DNA of 64,000 bases, from positions 167,764-231,763 of the forward strand of contig JBMHCD010000008.1 in assembly GCA_049890095.1 (NCBI GenBank). The letters run 5' to 3'. Shown piece by piece: positions 63,585 through 64,000 of the stretch. The stretch comes from Flavobacteriales bacterium. GTDB taxonomy: Bacteria; Bacteroidota; Bacteroidia; Flavobacteriales; UBA7312. The position numbers and the translations under genes were made by a program. Below the pieces are notes generated by a model, which was given only the letters and a program-made list of their open reading frames with translations, was not told the origin of the DNA and made no database searches. Each line of letters opens with the position of its first letter. Position 1 is the stretch's first letter.

Positions 63585-64000
63585 ATGAGAAGAAAAATTG
63601 TAGCTGGAAACTGGAAAATGAATAATGATTTATTTGAAGGAAATAAATTGTGTGGTGATTTAAAAGAAATAATGTCAAAAAAACCAATAGACAATGTAGA
63701 CATTATTTTAGGTGTGCCTTACACACATTTAAAAGAAACTTCTCAATTAATGGACGGATTTGCAAGAGTTGCAGCACAAGATTGTAGTAGTCATCAAAAA
63801 GGAGCATATACAGGAGAGGTTTCTTGTTCAATGATACATTCTACTGGAGCCAATTATGTAATTGTAGGTCATTCGGAAAGGAGAATGTATCATAATGAAT
63901 TGAGTAGTGATTTACTGAAAAAAATTAAATCTGCATTAGATAATAATTTAAAAGTAATTTTTTGCTGTGGAGAATCTTTAGATCAAAGAGAATCCAACTT
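63585..64000 (+). CDS. tpiA: triose-phosphate isomerase, 5' part (runs off the right edge)
   Basis: Not in the ORF track because no stop codon falls inside the window. The frame translates as MRRKIVAGNWKMN...AAQDC...YTGEVS...VIVGHSERR and is open to the edge. Confidence 0.92.
   Translation, partial: MRRKIVAGNWKMNNDLFEGNKLCGDLKEIMSKKPIDNVDIILGVPYTHLKETSQLMDGFARVAAQDCSSHQKGAYTGEVSCSMIHSTGANYVIVGHSERRMYHNELSSDLLKKIKSALDNNLKVIFCCGESLDQRESN

Noticed and set aside
1-64000. Searched for CRISPR arrays, rRNA genes, IS elements or transposases, phage genes, restriction-modification systems and known defence-system enzymes.
   Set aside because: I saw no regularly spaced direct repeats, no rRNA-like conserved stretches, and no transposase, integrase, nuclease or helicase ORFs beyond UvrA, UvrB and RecF. 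The methyltransferases present have RNA or small-molecule type motifs and no adjacent endonuclease.

Overview
AT-rich chromosomal core segment. By eye roughly one third G+C; this was not computed. It looks like a Flavobacteriia-type Bacteroidota genome. Lineage evidence: a T9SS type-B (gliding-motility) C-terminal sorting domain protein, GWxTD, DUF349, DUF368 and DUF1599 proteins, no Shine-Dalgarno sequences, and many exact matches to the Bacteroidota -7 promoter box TAnnTTTG.

I call about 60 CDS, almost all housekeeping:
- DNA repair and replication: uvrA, uvrB, recF
- Central and nucleotide metabolism: lpd, sucD, fabG, glyA, guaB, ndk, ribH, folP, tpiA (partial), aroE, glmM
- Translation and tRNA modification: def, mnmE
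- Signalling: cdaA
- Protein folding: a SurA/parvulin chaperone cluster and two FKBP isomerases
- Transport: an Opp/Dpp-like ABC importer

There are also 5 tRNAs: Ser-TGA, Met-CAT, and a Ser-GCT/Pro-TGG/Arg-TCT cluster.

Coding density is very high. Six 1-nt TAATG stop/start junctions occur, along with several ATGA overlaps and convergent genes that touch or overlap. I found no rRNA, IS element, integrase, CRISPR array, prophage or recognisable defence island.

I do not see a convincing, clearly novel multi-gene system. The best second-look candidates are:
1. A tightly packed TPR / phosphosulfolactate-synthase / rhodanese / DUF368 / aroE operon.
2. An outer-membrane protein combining a beta-barrel, TSP3 repeats and three SPOR-like repeats in place of an OmpA C-domain.
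3. An SDR-like protein lacking the catalytic Tyr, translationally coupled to an MMPL/RND-type exporter.
4. The only gene-poor stretch (41.1-41.9 kb): tRNA-Met, an XRE regulator, a perfect palindrome and a promoter-bearing 64-codon hydrophobic ORF.
5. An ATPase-less ABC importer whose permeases carry large insertions.
6. Candidate leaderless mRNAs, where a -7 box ends exactly 4 nt before the ATG.
7. An intrinsic-terminator-like hairpin directly in front of the AGA-decoding tRNA-Arg.

All functional calls come from motif recognition in the supplied translations. No database search was run.
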